A stretch of DNA of 20,000 nucleotides from the IMG/VR virus record IMGVR_UViG_3300000553_000028. One strand, given 5' to 3'. Below the pieces are notes generated by a model. The model saw only the letters and a list, made by a program, of their open reading frames with translations, was not told the DNA's origin and did not search any database. This DNA is from an uncultured virus (IMG/VR IMGVR_UViG_3300000553_000028). Lineage: Duplodnaviria > Heunggongvirae > Uroviricota > Caudoviricetes. Shown piece by piece: positions 1 through 9,400 of this stretch. The translations under genes and the position numbers were made by a program. Each line of letters begins with the position of its first letter. Position 1 is the stretch's first letter.

Positions 1-71
1 TACCAATATTAGGTTTTAATGAAGCTCTAAAATTAACATATGAAAGTTATATCTCAAAAAGAATTGGATAA
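1..71 (+). CDS. 3' end of an upstream gene (partial), possibly an NAD-dependent sugar epimerase/dehydratase
   Basis: The frame from base 3 reads PILGFNEALKLTYESYISKRIG* (TAA 69-71) and overlaps the next start at 40. It resembles extended-SDR C-termini and the tail of 1821..2798 (ATTSLEDGLKNAYEWY). Not in the ORF track. Confidence 0.45.
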   Translation, partial: PILGFNEALKLTYESYISKRIG

Positions 72-441
72 AGAATTTGAGTATTTAGAAAAACAAAAAG
101 CAATACTCAAAGAAGAAAGAGAAAAAATAATGTTGGAAAGAAGTAAATTGTATTATCAATGGAAAGAAATACAAGAAACAGATGAATCTATTCAAAAAGA
201 CCAAGAAAGAGTTAATAAATTAAGAGGTGATTTACAATTTGAATTAAAAAAAGTAAATGAAGAATATACTATTAAGATAGATGCTGAAATCGCAGAAATA
301 CGAAAAGAAAAAAACAATGAATTAGAACTAGAACTGCAACAAGATAGATTACGATTAGATAAAATTAGAAGAGATTTACATGAGTTAATTGCAATAGAAG
401 AAGCAACAGTAATAACATTTAAACAAAAAAATATAATATAA
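40..441 (+). CDS. Hypothetical coiled-coil protein (133 aa)
   Basis: E/K/L/I-rich heptad-like sequence. Its stop overlaps the next start (TAATG), consistent with translational coupling. Confidence 0.75.
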   Translation: MKVISQKELDKEFEYLEKQKAILKEEREKIMLERSKLYYQWKEIQETDESIQKDQERVNKLRGDLQFELKKVNEEYTIKIDAEIAEIRKEKNNELELELQQDRLRLDKIRRDLHELIAIEEATVITFKQKNII

Positions 442-1178
442 TGTTAGATATACAAAAAAATGAATATTCTACTGGAACAATATGGGATATGGTAGATGAA
501 ATAAATTCCGATTTTCTTAAATCTTTATACGATAGTGTTTTAGTTAAATTCAAAGATAACACAGATTGTGTAACTTATTTGTATTCATCATACAATGATC
601 ATCCAGATTATAAACAATCTGCATATTATACAAAAGATGAATTTATTAATATAAAACAATATGTAGAAGAAAAAAATGATGAAAGATATGAACCACATCA
701 GCAAAATAAAATGTGTCATACTCATTTATCTGAATTTGAAGAAAAGATTGGTTTAGATAAAAATTATTTTAACAATGTAGTATATAAAGTATTAGATGAT
801 TTAGCAGTTAAAATATTAAAAAAAGAATATAATATAGAAGTTAACACAGAAGATTTTATACATAAAGCACAATTAACTTGGTATAGTGATGGTGATTTTA
901 TTAAAATGCATGATGATGGACCGACTGATACTAGAATATGTGCTTTGTTAATTTATTTAACTCCGGAAGAATATTATAAAGCAGGTAGTGGTGGTGAATT
1001 GGTATTGAAAAATAGAAAAAATACAATTGATATAGCTTATCCAATATTAGGAAACTATGCAGTTATTGATTTTACAAGAAACTCACCGGTACATTCAGTA
1101 CATAAAGTGAGTGGAAATTTCAATAGATTTGCATATTTAAATTTTATAGAATTAAAAGATAAAAATGCAAGGCCTTAA
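441..1178 (+). CDS. 2OG-Fe(II) oxygenase, prolyl-4-hydroxylase-like
   Basis: HxD (IKMHDDG), ICALLIYL, GGELVL, distal His (HSVHKV) and the 2OG-binding Arg (NRFAY). Confidence 0.88.
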   Translation: MLDIQKNEYSTGTIWDMVDEINSDFLKSLYDSVLVKFKDNTDCVTYLYSSYNDHPDYKQSAYYTKDEFINIKQYVEEKNDERYEPHQQNKMCHTHLSEFEEKIGLDKNYFNNVVYKVLDDLAVKILKKEYNIEVNTEDFIHKAQLTWYSDGDFIKMHDDGPTDTRICALLIYLTPEEYYKAGSGGELVLKNRKNTIDIAYPILGNYAVIDFTRNSPVHSVHKVSGNFNRFAYLNFIELKDKNARP

Positions 1179-1815
1179 TAAATCATATTATTGTGGAAAT
1201 GGGAATGAATTTTTTGGAAATGAATATTCTAAAAGATTAGAAGAAGCATATAATGGAATATTAAATTATAAAGATTTTGATTATCAAATTATATATTCTT
1301 TAAATGCAGTACACAATGTAAGTATTGTACCATCAAAACCATTTAATGAACAAATTTTTTATAAAAATGAATTTATTTCAAAGAAAGAAAATTTAGCACA
1401 AGTTTGGTTTGAAAAGAATAATCTAATAACTGAATTTCATTCTATATCTGATTATTGTTATTTAAAATTATTAGAATTATATCCTGAACAAAGTAAAAGA
1501 TTTGGTGGTCCATCTTTTTCTTTAACAATATATGATAAAGGTTGTTTTATAGAAAATCATAAAGATGGTGATGATGATGATAAAAGTAGATTATGTGTAG
1601 TTTTATTGTATTTAAATAAAGATTGGAAACCGGGAATGGGTGGAGAACTAATAATTACAGATGAACATGGAAATAAATTGGAAATTACGCCAGAATTTGG
1701 TAACTTTGCAATACTAGATTTTCAAAATTATAATTTATACCATGAAGTTAAACCAATTACGGATGATAACTTTCATAGAAAAACATTAATAAGTTTTATA
1801 CATTTAGCAAAATAA
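1165..1815 (+). CDS. 2OG-Fe(II) oxygenase, prolyl-4-hydroxylase-like
   Basis: IENHKDG (HxD), LLYLNKDWKPGMGGEL, HEVKPI, RKTL. Confidence 0.9.
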   Translation: MQGLNKSYYCGNGNEFFGNEYSKRLEEAYNGILNYKDFDYQIIYSLNAVHNVSIVPSKPFNEQIFYKNEFISKKENLAQVWFEKNNLITEFHSISDYCYLKLLELYPEQSKRFGGPSFSLTIYDKGCFIENHKDGDDDDKSRLCVVLLYLNKDWKPGMGGELIITDEHGNKLEITPEFGNFAILDFQNYNLYHEVKPITDDNFHRKTLISFIHLAK

Positions 1816-1820
1816 AAAAT

Positions 1821-2798
1821 ATGATAAATAAAGATTCAAAAATCCTGATAACAGGTGGTTCTGGATTAGTCGGACAGAACTTAACAAACCGATTACACAA
1901 AGAAGGTTACACAAACATTAGAGTTAATTTACACAAAAGAGGTGTAAGAAATCCAATTGAAGGAGTGGAGTATGTTCACTTTGATTTGAAAACATACGAA
2001 GGATGTTTAGATGCAACTAAAGGAGTAGAAGTAGTTTACCATTGTGCAGCAAGTACATCAAACGCAGTAGACACAGTAGTTGACCCATTAGCACATGTTA
2101 CACCAAACGTAGCAATGAACAATTTCTTAATTGATGCCAGTTGGAGAAATAAGGTTCAACATTACATCTTCTTATCATCTAATACTGTTTATCCACCAAA
2201 AGGAGATAAGCCGGTAGTAGAGACAGATTTCCTATTTGATGAACCATATCCGGTATACTTTCCAGTAGGTTGGATGAAAAGATATGCAGAAGTTCAATGT
2301 GAATTATACGCAAAGTATTTACCAACAAAAATGAAGTGCACGGTGATTAGACCTGCAAATTTATTTGGACCACATGATAAGTACGATTTCAATAAATGTC
2401 ATGTTACTCCTGCAACAATTAGAAAAGTAGCAGACCAAATGAACCCTATTCCAGTGTGGGGTGATGGTAGTGAATTACGAGATTTATTATATATTGAAGA
2501 TTTTGTAGAAGCATTACAAATAGTAATGGAAAAAGAAAAAGAAGATTATCAAGTTTATAATATTGGTTCTAACAGAGTTTATTCAGTATTAGAAGTATTA
2601 GAAGCAATGAAAAGAATTGCAAACTATAATGCACCTACTGAATTTATTAAAGGTAAACCATCGATGATTCCAACTCGTAAAATTGATTCATTTAAAATTT
2701 ATGATAAATTAGGATGGCAAGCAACTACATCATTAGAAGATGGATTAAAAAATGCATATGAATGGTATTTAGAACATAAAGATGAATTCCAAAATTAA
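1821..2798 (+). CDS. NAD(P)-dependent nucleotide-sugar epimerase/reductase, GDP-L-fucose synthase (Fcl/WcaG)-like extended SDR
   Basis: KILITGGSGLVG Rossmann motif. RPANLFGPHDKYDFNKCHVTPATIRK and VWGDGSELRDLLYIEDF match Fcl-type motifs. The catalytic YxxxK position reads VGWMK. Confidence 0.88.
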   Translation: MINKDSKILITGGSGLVGQNLTNRLHKEGYTNIRVNLHKRGVRNPIEGVEYVHFDLKTYEGCLDATKGVEVVYHCAASTSNAVDTVVDPLAHVTPNVAMNNFLIDASWRNKVQHYIFLSSNTVYPPKGDKPVVETDFLFDEPYPVYFPVGWMKRYAEVQCELYAKYLPTKMKCTVIRPANLFGPHDKYDFNKCHVTPATIRKVADQMNPIPVWGDGSELRDLLYIEDFVEALQIVMEKEKEDYQVYNIGSNRVYSVLEVLEAMKRIANYNAPTEFIKGKPSMIPTRKIDSFKIYDKLGWQATTSLEDGLKNAYEWYLEHKDEFQN

Positions 2799-3664
2799 TG
2801 AAAGGTATTTTATTTCCAGGCGACTCATATACATGGGGTGAAGGTCTTCATTTATATTCGGAGTTACCAGATACAAAATTTGATGAAATGGCGTTTGATG
2901 GAACAAATTATACTCCTTCTCATATTAAATTTATAGAAGCAAATAGATTTGCAAGAAAAGTTGCAAATCACTTCAATACGTTTGAATTAGTTAGATTTAG
3001 TAATGGTGGTAACAATAATGATATTTTTGAATTTATTGATCAGTTACCAAAACAATATTTAAAAAACCATATGCCAGCTACTGGACGTATACAAGTTCCT
3101 AGATCGGTAGAATATAGATTAGAAGATTTTGATTATATTGTTTTACAATTAACTGATATGTTTAGAAATGAAATTAAGTTTGAATATAAAGACATTATCG
3201 GATATTGTAACATTAGGTCAGATGAAAGTATAAAAAGGTCTGGTTTTATTTTCTATTTAAAAGATAATTTTAATGGTAATATAAATTATTTCATTGAATA
3301 TTATTTAAAAACTACAATTTATAATATAATAGAAAAATTTAAATTATACGAATCAAAAGGAATTAAAAGATGTTTTATTCATACATGGCATAATGACCCA
3401 ATTCCGTTCTTTAACAATAATGAATTCTTAAAAGAAAGGTGGATTACATATGATGATGGAAATAATATATTTAATTCAATTATGGATTTACAAAGTTCAG
3501 AAAAAAGAAGGTCTGGTATGAGTATAAATGATGATTATTTTTTTATACAAAAAGGAATAATTGTTAATAATGGGCATACATCATTAGAAGCACATAATAT
3601 ACAAGCAAAAGCAATAATTAAAAAAATAGAAGAATATGAGCAGTCCACAATACACTCCGTATAA
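2798..3664 (+). CDS. SGNH/GDSL hydrolase-like protein (possible sugar O-acyl esterase/transferase)
   Basis: Block I ILFPGDSYTWG, block II-like SNGGNN, C-terminal NGHTSLEAHNIQAKAI (His of block V). Confidence 0.68.
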   Translation: MKGILFPGDSYTWGEGLHLYSELPDTKFDEMAFDGTNYTPSHIKFIEANRFARKVANHFNTFELVRFSNGGNNNDIFEFIDQLPKQYLKNHMPATGRIQVPRSVEYRLEDFDYIVLQLTDMFRNEIKFEYKDIIGYCNIRSDESIKRSGFIFYLKDNFNGNINYFIEYYLKTTIYNIIEKFKLYESKGIKRCFIHTWHNDPIPFFNNNEFLKERWITYDDGNNIFNSIMDLQSSEKRRSGMSINDDYFFIQKGIIVNNGHTSLEAHNIQAKAIIKKIEEYEQSTIHSV

Positions 3665-4181
3665 AGATGCATTAACAACGGCAATGACTAATTTAGCAGA
3701 GTTAGAAGATTCTGTTTTTATTGGACAACAAATTGTATATCAAGGAAATCCTATGAGCACAACATTGGGTGGTGTATCAAAGGATAAAATGATTGAAGTT
3801 CCTGTAATGGAAGAATCACAAATGGGAATGAGTTTAGGTATGGCAATGGCAGGTAAAAGAGTTATTACATTTTATCCAAGATGGGATTTTATTATATGTG
3901 CAACAAATCAATTAGTAAATCACGTAGATAAGATTGGATTAATGAGTGGTGGCAAATGGAAACCAAACTTAATTATCAGATTGGGTAAGGGTAGTGATAA
4001 ACCATTAGATCCAGGTCATCAACACAAAGGAAATTACTTTGATGAATTTAAAAGTATGTGTCCTAATATAGAATTTCACGATTTAAAAAGACCTGAAGAT
4101 ATTGAATTAGCTTACAAATATGTAACTAAAGAAGGTGGTATTCATATTATGGTAGAATATCCGGAGTTATATTATGTATAG
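3636..4181 (+). CDS. Transketolase / 2-oxoacid dehydrogenase E1-beta-like protein, pyrimidine-binding domain only
   Basis: SVFIGQ, MIEVPVMEESQMGMSLGMAMAG (conserved ThDP-activating Glu region), FIICATNQLVNH and PGHQH. At 181 aa it lacks the C-terminal domain. Confidence 0.85.
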   Translation: MSSPQYTPYKDALTTAMTNLAELEDSVFIGQQIVYQGNPMSTTLGGVSKDKMIEVPVMEESQMGMSLGMAMAGKRVITFYPRWDFIICATNQLVNHVDKIGLMSGGKWKPNLIIRLGKGSDKPLDPGHQHKGNYFDEFKSMCPNIEFHDLKRPEDIELAYKYVTKEGGIHIMVEYPELYYV

Positions 4182-5082
4182 TGGAAAAGGAATTATATTT
4201 GTAGGATGTTCTTTTACTTGGGGTGGTGGTTTAGAATATTACCCACCATTTAAGGATATTCCAGATCCATATGCATTTCAATATGATGAACAAAAAATTA
4301 CATTTGCAATAATGAATTTTATTAAAGCAAATAGATTTAGTAGATTGGTTGCAAACCATTTTGGAATGTGGGAAGCAAATAGATTAAATTGTGGTGGTTC
4401 TGATGATGGTTCAATTGACCAAATAAAAATGATGTTAGAATTAGGTAATCATAGTCAAAACATTTCCAAGCAATTTGAAAATATTAAAATGCAAAGATAT
4501 TCAGCAGATGAAATTGAATATGTTGTATTCCAATTAACAGATCCATTTAGAAATTATCATATTAATATAAATGGTGAAAATTTAGTAATTAATATTGCAC
4601 AAATAAGACAAAGAAATACTAATGAATTTAATAAAAATGATATTAATAAATTTAAAGATACATTAGATGATACCACATTTAATAAATTTTTTAAATTTTA
4701 TATTGATAATTTTAATAGTTGGGAAGAAATGGAAGATTATTTTATATTACAAAATTTAAAAAATGTAATTGAATTATTTAAAGAGGTAGAATCACTTGGT
4801 ATAAAATGTAAATTGTGGAGTTGGCACAATGAATACGTTCCATTTATAAAAGAAAATGAATATTTATCGAATAAATTCATTAAACTAAAATATAATGATA
4901 CTGAATTTGATTCTTTATATAATTTAATGCATACATACCCAAAATTTAAAATAAGTACATCTGATTTTCGTTTAAACGGAAAAAAAGTTCCAGATGATCA
5001 TCAAACACCTGAGTGTCACAAAGTAATAGCAGATAGTATAATTAATTCAATAGAAAATGATGCAATTAAATCTACTTTATAA
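4174..5082 (+). CDS. SGNH/GDSL hydrolase-like protein, paralog of 2798..3664
   Basis: IIFVGCSFTWG, GGSDD and DDHQTPECHKVIADSI. Shares ANRFxRxVANHF, QLTDxFRN and WHN with 2798..3664. Confidence 0.68.
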   Translation: MYSGKGIIFVGCSFTWGGGLEYYPPFKDIPDPYAFQYDEQKITFAIMNFIKANRFSRLVANHFGMWEANRLNCGGSDDGSIDQIKMMLELGNHSQNISKQFENIKMQRYSADEIEYVVFQLTDPFRNYHININGENLVINIAQIRQRNTNEFNKNDINKFKDTLDDTTFNKFFKFYIDNFNSWEEMEDYFILQNLKNVIELFKEVESLGIKCKLWSWHNEYVPFIKENEYLSNKFIKLKYNDTEFDSLYNLMHTYPKFKISTSDFRLNGKKVPDDHQTPECHKVIADSIINSIENDAIKSTL

Positions 5083-6304
5083 TAATTGGGTAAATAATAC
5101 ACCGGTTCCTAATTGTAATTTATGGAAAACAAATGCTGGTATTAAAAGCTTTACTTTACCAACTATTTCAGATGTAAGTTCAAATGACTGGGTATATCCA
5201 ATTGAACCATGGGGACATTTAATGTATTCATTAAATATTGAAGCAATCGATGATTATGCAAATTTCTTTGAAAGTATACCAGTTGATGTAATACAACAAA
5301 TAAATAATGATAATGGTAAATTATTGATAAATTATTCACATGAAGGTTGGGTAAGTGATTGGTCATTAAAAGGATTTTATTTAGGTGCAAAAAACGCAGG
5401 AATAAAATTTAAAAATGTTATATTAGTTTTGAACGATTATAATTTAGAACAAAAATTAATTAAATTTAAAGAAAAATATAATATTGAAGAATATCCTAAA
5501 GTTATAAATTATTCATTTTATCTAACAGCATCTTCAAATAATTTTTATCAAACATATCGTAATTATGATTTATATACGAAACATGTAAATTTAAGTAAAC
5601 CTTACAAATTTGTATGTTTAAATAGAAGATTAGATTTACATAGAGTAATATTGTTAAGTGAAATATTTGATGACATAAAAACTGAATCATTAATATCTTT
5701 TGATAAATCTTTAATTACAAATGAAGTTGAAAAATTATTTGAAATTAGACCAGATATAAAAACTAAATTTGAAAATCTTCCTGATAAAGTAATAGCAGAT
5801 ATAGTTGATATCGAAAATGTAAATGGATATAAACATGATAATGAAAAATTATTTTTAGATTCATATATCAGTATAGTTACAGAAACATCATTTTATATTG
5901 ATAATGACTTTATTAGTGAAAAAATATGGAAACCATTATATAAATTTCATCCATTTATTGTAGTTGGTAGACCACATTTACTAAAATACTTAAAAGATAT
6001 TGGATTTAAAACATTTGATTTTTTAATAGATGAAACGTATGATACGATTGAAGATAATGATTTAAGAATGGAAGCTATTATAAAGGAAATTAAAAAAATA
6101 AATGAAATTTCTATATATGAATTAGAAACTATTATTAAACAAAATTATAATATACTAAAACATAATCATGATTTATTAAATGAATTTGGCAAACAAACAA
6201 CCGCTACTGAAGAATATTTTATTAAAAATATAAAAAACGATAATTATAGTTATACTGATATATACAAAGAATTAAAGTTACAAATTCCAAACAAAATAAT
6301 TTAA
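5057..6304 (+). CDS. Putative glycosyltransferase with a GT10 (alpha-1,3-fucosyltransferase)-like C-terminal motif
   Basis: KFVCLNRR..HR and SYISIVTETS...DFISEKIWKPL...HPFIVVG resemble the GT10 FENS..DYITEK..P.V.G donor-binding motif. The gene lies in a nucleotide-sugar cluster. Confidence 0.5.
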   Translation: MMQLNLLYNNWVNNTPVPNCNLWKTNAGIKSFTLPTISDVSSNDWVYPIEPWGHLMYSLNIEAIDDYANFFESIPVDVIQQINNDNGKLLINYSHEGWVSDWSLKGFYLGAKNAGIKFKNVILVLNDYNLEQKLIKFKEKYNIEEYPKVINYSFYLTASSNNFYQTYRNYDLYTKHVNLSKPYKFVCLNRRLDLHRVILLSEIFDDIKTESLISFDKSLITNEVEKLFEIRPDIKTKFENLPDKVIADIVDIENVNGYKHDNEKLFLDSYISIVTETSFYIDNDFISEKIWKPLYKFHPFIVVGRPHLLKYLKDIGFKTFDFLIDETYDTIEDNDLRMEAIIKEIKKINEISIYELETIIKQNYNILKHNHDLLNEFGKQTTATEEYFIKNIKNDNYSYTDIYKELKLQIPNKII

Positions 6305-6305
6305 T

Positions 6306-6425
6306 ATGAAAAAATTATTCAATAGATTAAAACAATTGTATAAGAACTACAAATTAAAAAAAGAGTTCAAAAAGAAAATAAAAGAGTTAAGAAAAAGAGA
6401 TCCATTTATCTATAAGAATGTTTAG
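6306..6425 (+). CDS. Small basic protein (39 aa), not in the ORF track
   Basis: ATG 6306 to TAG 6423-6425, MKKLFNRLKQLYKNYKLKKEFKKKIKELRKRDPFIYKNV. It starts 1 nt after the previous stop and fills most of the gap. Confidence 0.75.
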   Translation: MKKLFNRLKQLYKNYKLKKEFKKKIKELRKRDPFIYKNV

Positions 6426-6428
6426 TAT

Positions 6429-6437
6429 ATATTTATA
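6429..6437 (+). promoter_or_regulatory. ATATTTATA motif, putative late promoter (copy 1)
   Basis: Exact 9-mer shared by five intergenic gaps; here 3 nt before ATG 6441. Confidence 0.6.
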
Positions 6438-6440
6438 CTT

Positions 6441-9400
6441 ATGGAATTATCTAAATTTATTGTAAACGAATTACTTAACGATATCAATTTTGATGTTGTT
6501 GAACGTTTATTGTCCGAAGAAGGAATGTATGATATTGAAAATGATCAAGCAAGTAATCCTATTACAATCAAAGATATCGCAATTCATTGGATGGGTACTG
6601 GTAATACTGACTGGAGAAAAATTGCAGAAAAAGTAAAAACTCAACTTATATTAGGTATTAGAGCTGAAATGGAATATACTAATAATGTAAGATTAGCAGC
6701 CGAAATTGCTAAAAAACATTTAATGGATGATCCTTCTTATTATGATTTTTCAACTAAAGCAGATAATAGTGCAACTCAAGACCCACATCCTGAAATTCCA
6801 AATGAAAATACAATAAAAGAAGAAAATCCAAATTATGATAATGATTCGGATGATTTACATAATATTTACAATACACAAATATCAGATCCTTCAACAGGTA
6901 GAAAATTTAAGATTAAAGATGCATTGAGATTAGACCCAATGGATTTTGCACACCAAGAAGCAATGAGAATGTTAAGAGTGTTATTAGCACAAAAACACAG
7001 ACAAACTCCTGGTAATATTGGTAAAGGACAACAATCGCCTGAAACGGATAAACCTAAACAAGTTAATTTAAGTTTGTATGCAGCCGGGTATGGAGAGGGT
7101 GTAGTAAAAGAAGCAAGTTCAACGGGAAGTGGATATGATGAAAAAGTTTTAGACCAATTAGTAGATAATCCAGAGACCGGTGAAAAAGTAAAAGTTCGTT
7201 CAGCCTTAAATTACGATAGAAATCATCCGGCATATAGAGCAGCTATTGCATTAGTAAGAAAAGCAAATGCAATACAACAGGGAAAAGGTAAAGTGGATGT
7301 AGGTAATACTCCACCACAAACTCCACAAAATAATGCACCTAAACAACCATCTAAACAACAACCACCAAATGCAAGTGAACCTATTAGTGTTTCAAAAAGA
7401 TTTGGAAATGGTACACAAGATGGTTCAAATACACAAAACGGAACACATAGTACAAACAAAACACAAAAACCATTAGAAAAACCATTGAGTGCACCTAATG
7501 ATGTGGATAATCCAGTTGATAAAAAAGATATATCACATCATACTGTATTACAACCAACAAAGGGAGCAGAAAATGGAAATAAGGCAGGTGTTGGTAAAGT
7601 AGCAAGTAAAGCGGTTCAAAATCCAAAAATTATAGCAAGAGCAATACACCATAATATTAAAAAATGGAGTAGAGAAGAAAAAGAATTTTTTGTTAATGAA
7701 TTACATAAAGCAAATTCAGAAACAAGAAGAAGTATTGGACAGGCTATAAATCATAAAATTAAAGCAATTGTTCCAGCAGTTAAAAAAGAAATGTCTCATT
7801 TAGGACATGAATTTAAGCATGCCGGAGAAGGTATATCTCATTTATTTCAAGGTAAAAAATTAAGTGATAAAGAAAAACATGCATTTAAAAGTTTAGCAAA
7901 AACTGTTGCAATGAGTACAATGGGTGTTGCATTAGGCCCAGGATTAGGACATGGTGCAGCGGCTTTAGTATCTCACTTAGGAACACACTTAGCACAACAT
8001 ATGGTAGGTGAGTTAGCAGTTGGTGGTATTGGTAAAGCAGCATTATTTGCAGGATATGAACAAGAGGAAGATACTGACAAATATGTTGAATGGTTTATAT
8101 TAGCATTTGCAAAAAGAATGAAAGATGGAGAAATACCATTAGAAGTGTGGGAAAATGCAGTTCAAGATTATACCAATGATAAAGAAGATGGTAAATTTGA
8201 TAAAAAAGATGATGTTGAACCTGAAGAAACAAATGAAGAAGTTATAGCAGAAGAAAGTACAAGTGCAGATGCAATGAATGGAACAGGTGCATGGGCTGGG
8301 TTACAACCTGGAGAAACACCATGGAGTGGAGTAGGTATGGATACTGCACCAAGTAGTTTCATAGGAACACATACATTATCAGATATAAGTTCACAATCAG
8401 ATAGTGCAAACTCTACAACTGGAACAGAACATAATGCAACTTGGGATGAATACGACCATCAAGGATATTATACAGATAAATTACCAGGATGGCAAGTAAT
8501 AGGACATTTAAGTAATACACTACCAGATGAAGTAAAAAATAGAGTATTACCTATATTTAATCACGCGGGTAATGAAAACGGACCAGCGGCACACACAATA
8601 CAAAAAATAGTTGCACCCAATTTAATTAAATACGAAAGTTTTGAAAGAACCGATAAAGATTTACTTATGGAAGGTGGAGCAGCAGGACACTTGGCACATC
8701 CATTTGAAGATGAAAATTTAACTTTTTCCGATATGAAATTTATGATTGGAAAAGGATTGCTAGGTGGGTTAGATTCAGAAGGTCCTGTTAGTGAGAAATT
8801 AGATGGACAAAATATTGCATTTAGTGTAAGAGATGGTAAAGTAGTGTTTGGTAGAAATAAAGGACACGTTAAAGATAGTGGTAAGAATGCATTAGATACT
8901 AAAGGAATATACAATCAATTCAAAGGTAGAGGTGGTATTGAGAAAGCATTCGTAGGAGCATCTGAAGATTTACAATCAGCAGTTAAGAAACTTTCACCTG
9001 CACAAATTAAGAAAATGTTTGGTAATGGTTCTAAGTTTATGAGTTTAGAAATTATTTTACCAGATACTACAAATGTAATTCCATATGGTAAAAGTGTGTT
9101 GGTTATGCACGGAACCATTGAATATAATAAAGATGGAGAACAAATACGTCGTTCTACTGAAGATGCTGAAACATTTGCAAAAGCAGTTCAAAAAGTTGGT
9201 GCAGATAAACAAAAAACATTCGGAATTGAAGGTCCTAGAACAATTGCATTTTCCGATGAACCAACAAAAGAATATCTAAGTAAATACAAATTATACCACA
9301 GACAATTATCTGATTTAGAAAAACAATATGGTTTAACCGATAAATCTAAATTGGAAGATTATAGAAGAAAATGGTGGTCAATTGAATTAGATAAGCAAGA

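Noticed and set aside
1..6304. Cellular LPS/capsule locus or central-metabolism PDH gene
   Set aside because: The cluster is contiguous and co-oriented with phage packaging genes, has no flippase, polymerase or E2/E3 genes, and the E1-beta-like gene lacks its C-terminal domain.
9085..9279. 64-aa + strand ORF
   Set aside because: Alternate-frame ORF nested within the ligase-like domain of the 1433-aa gene.
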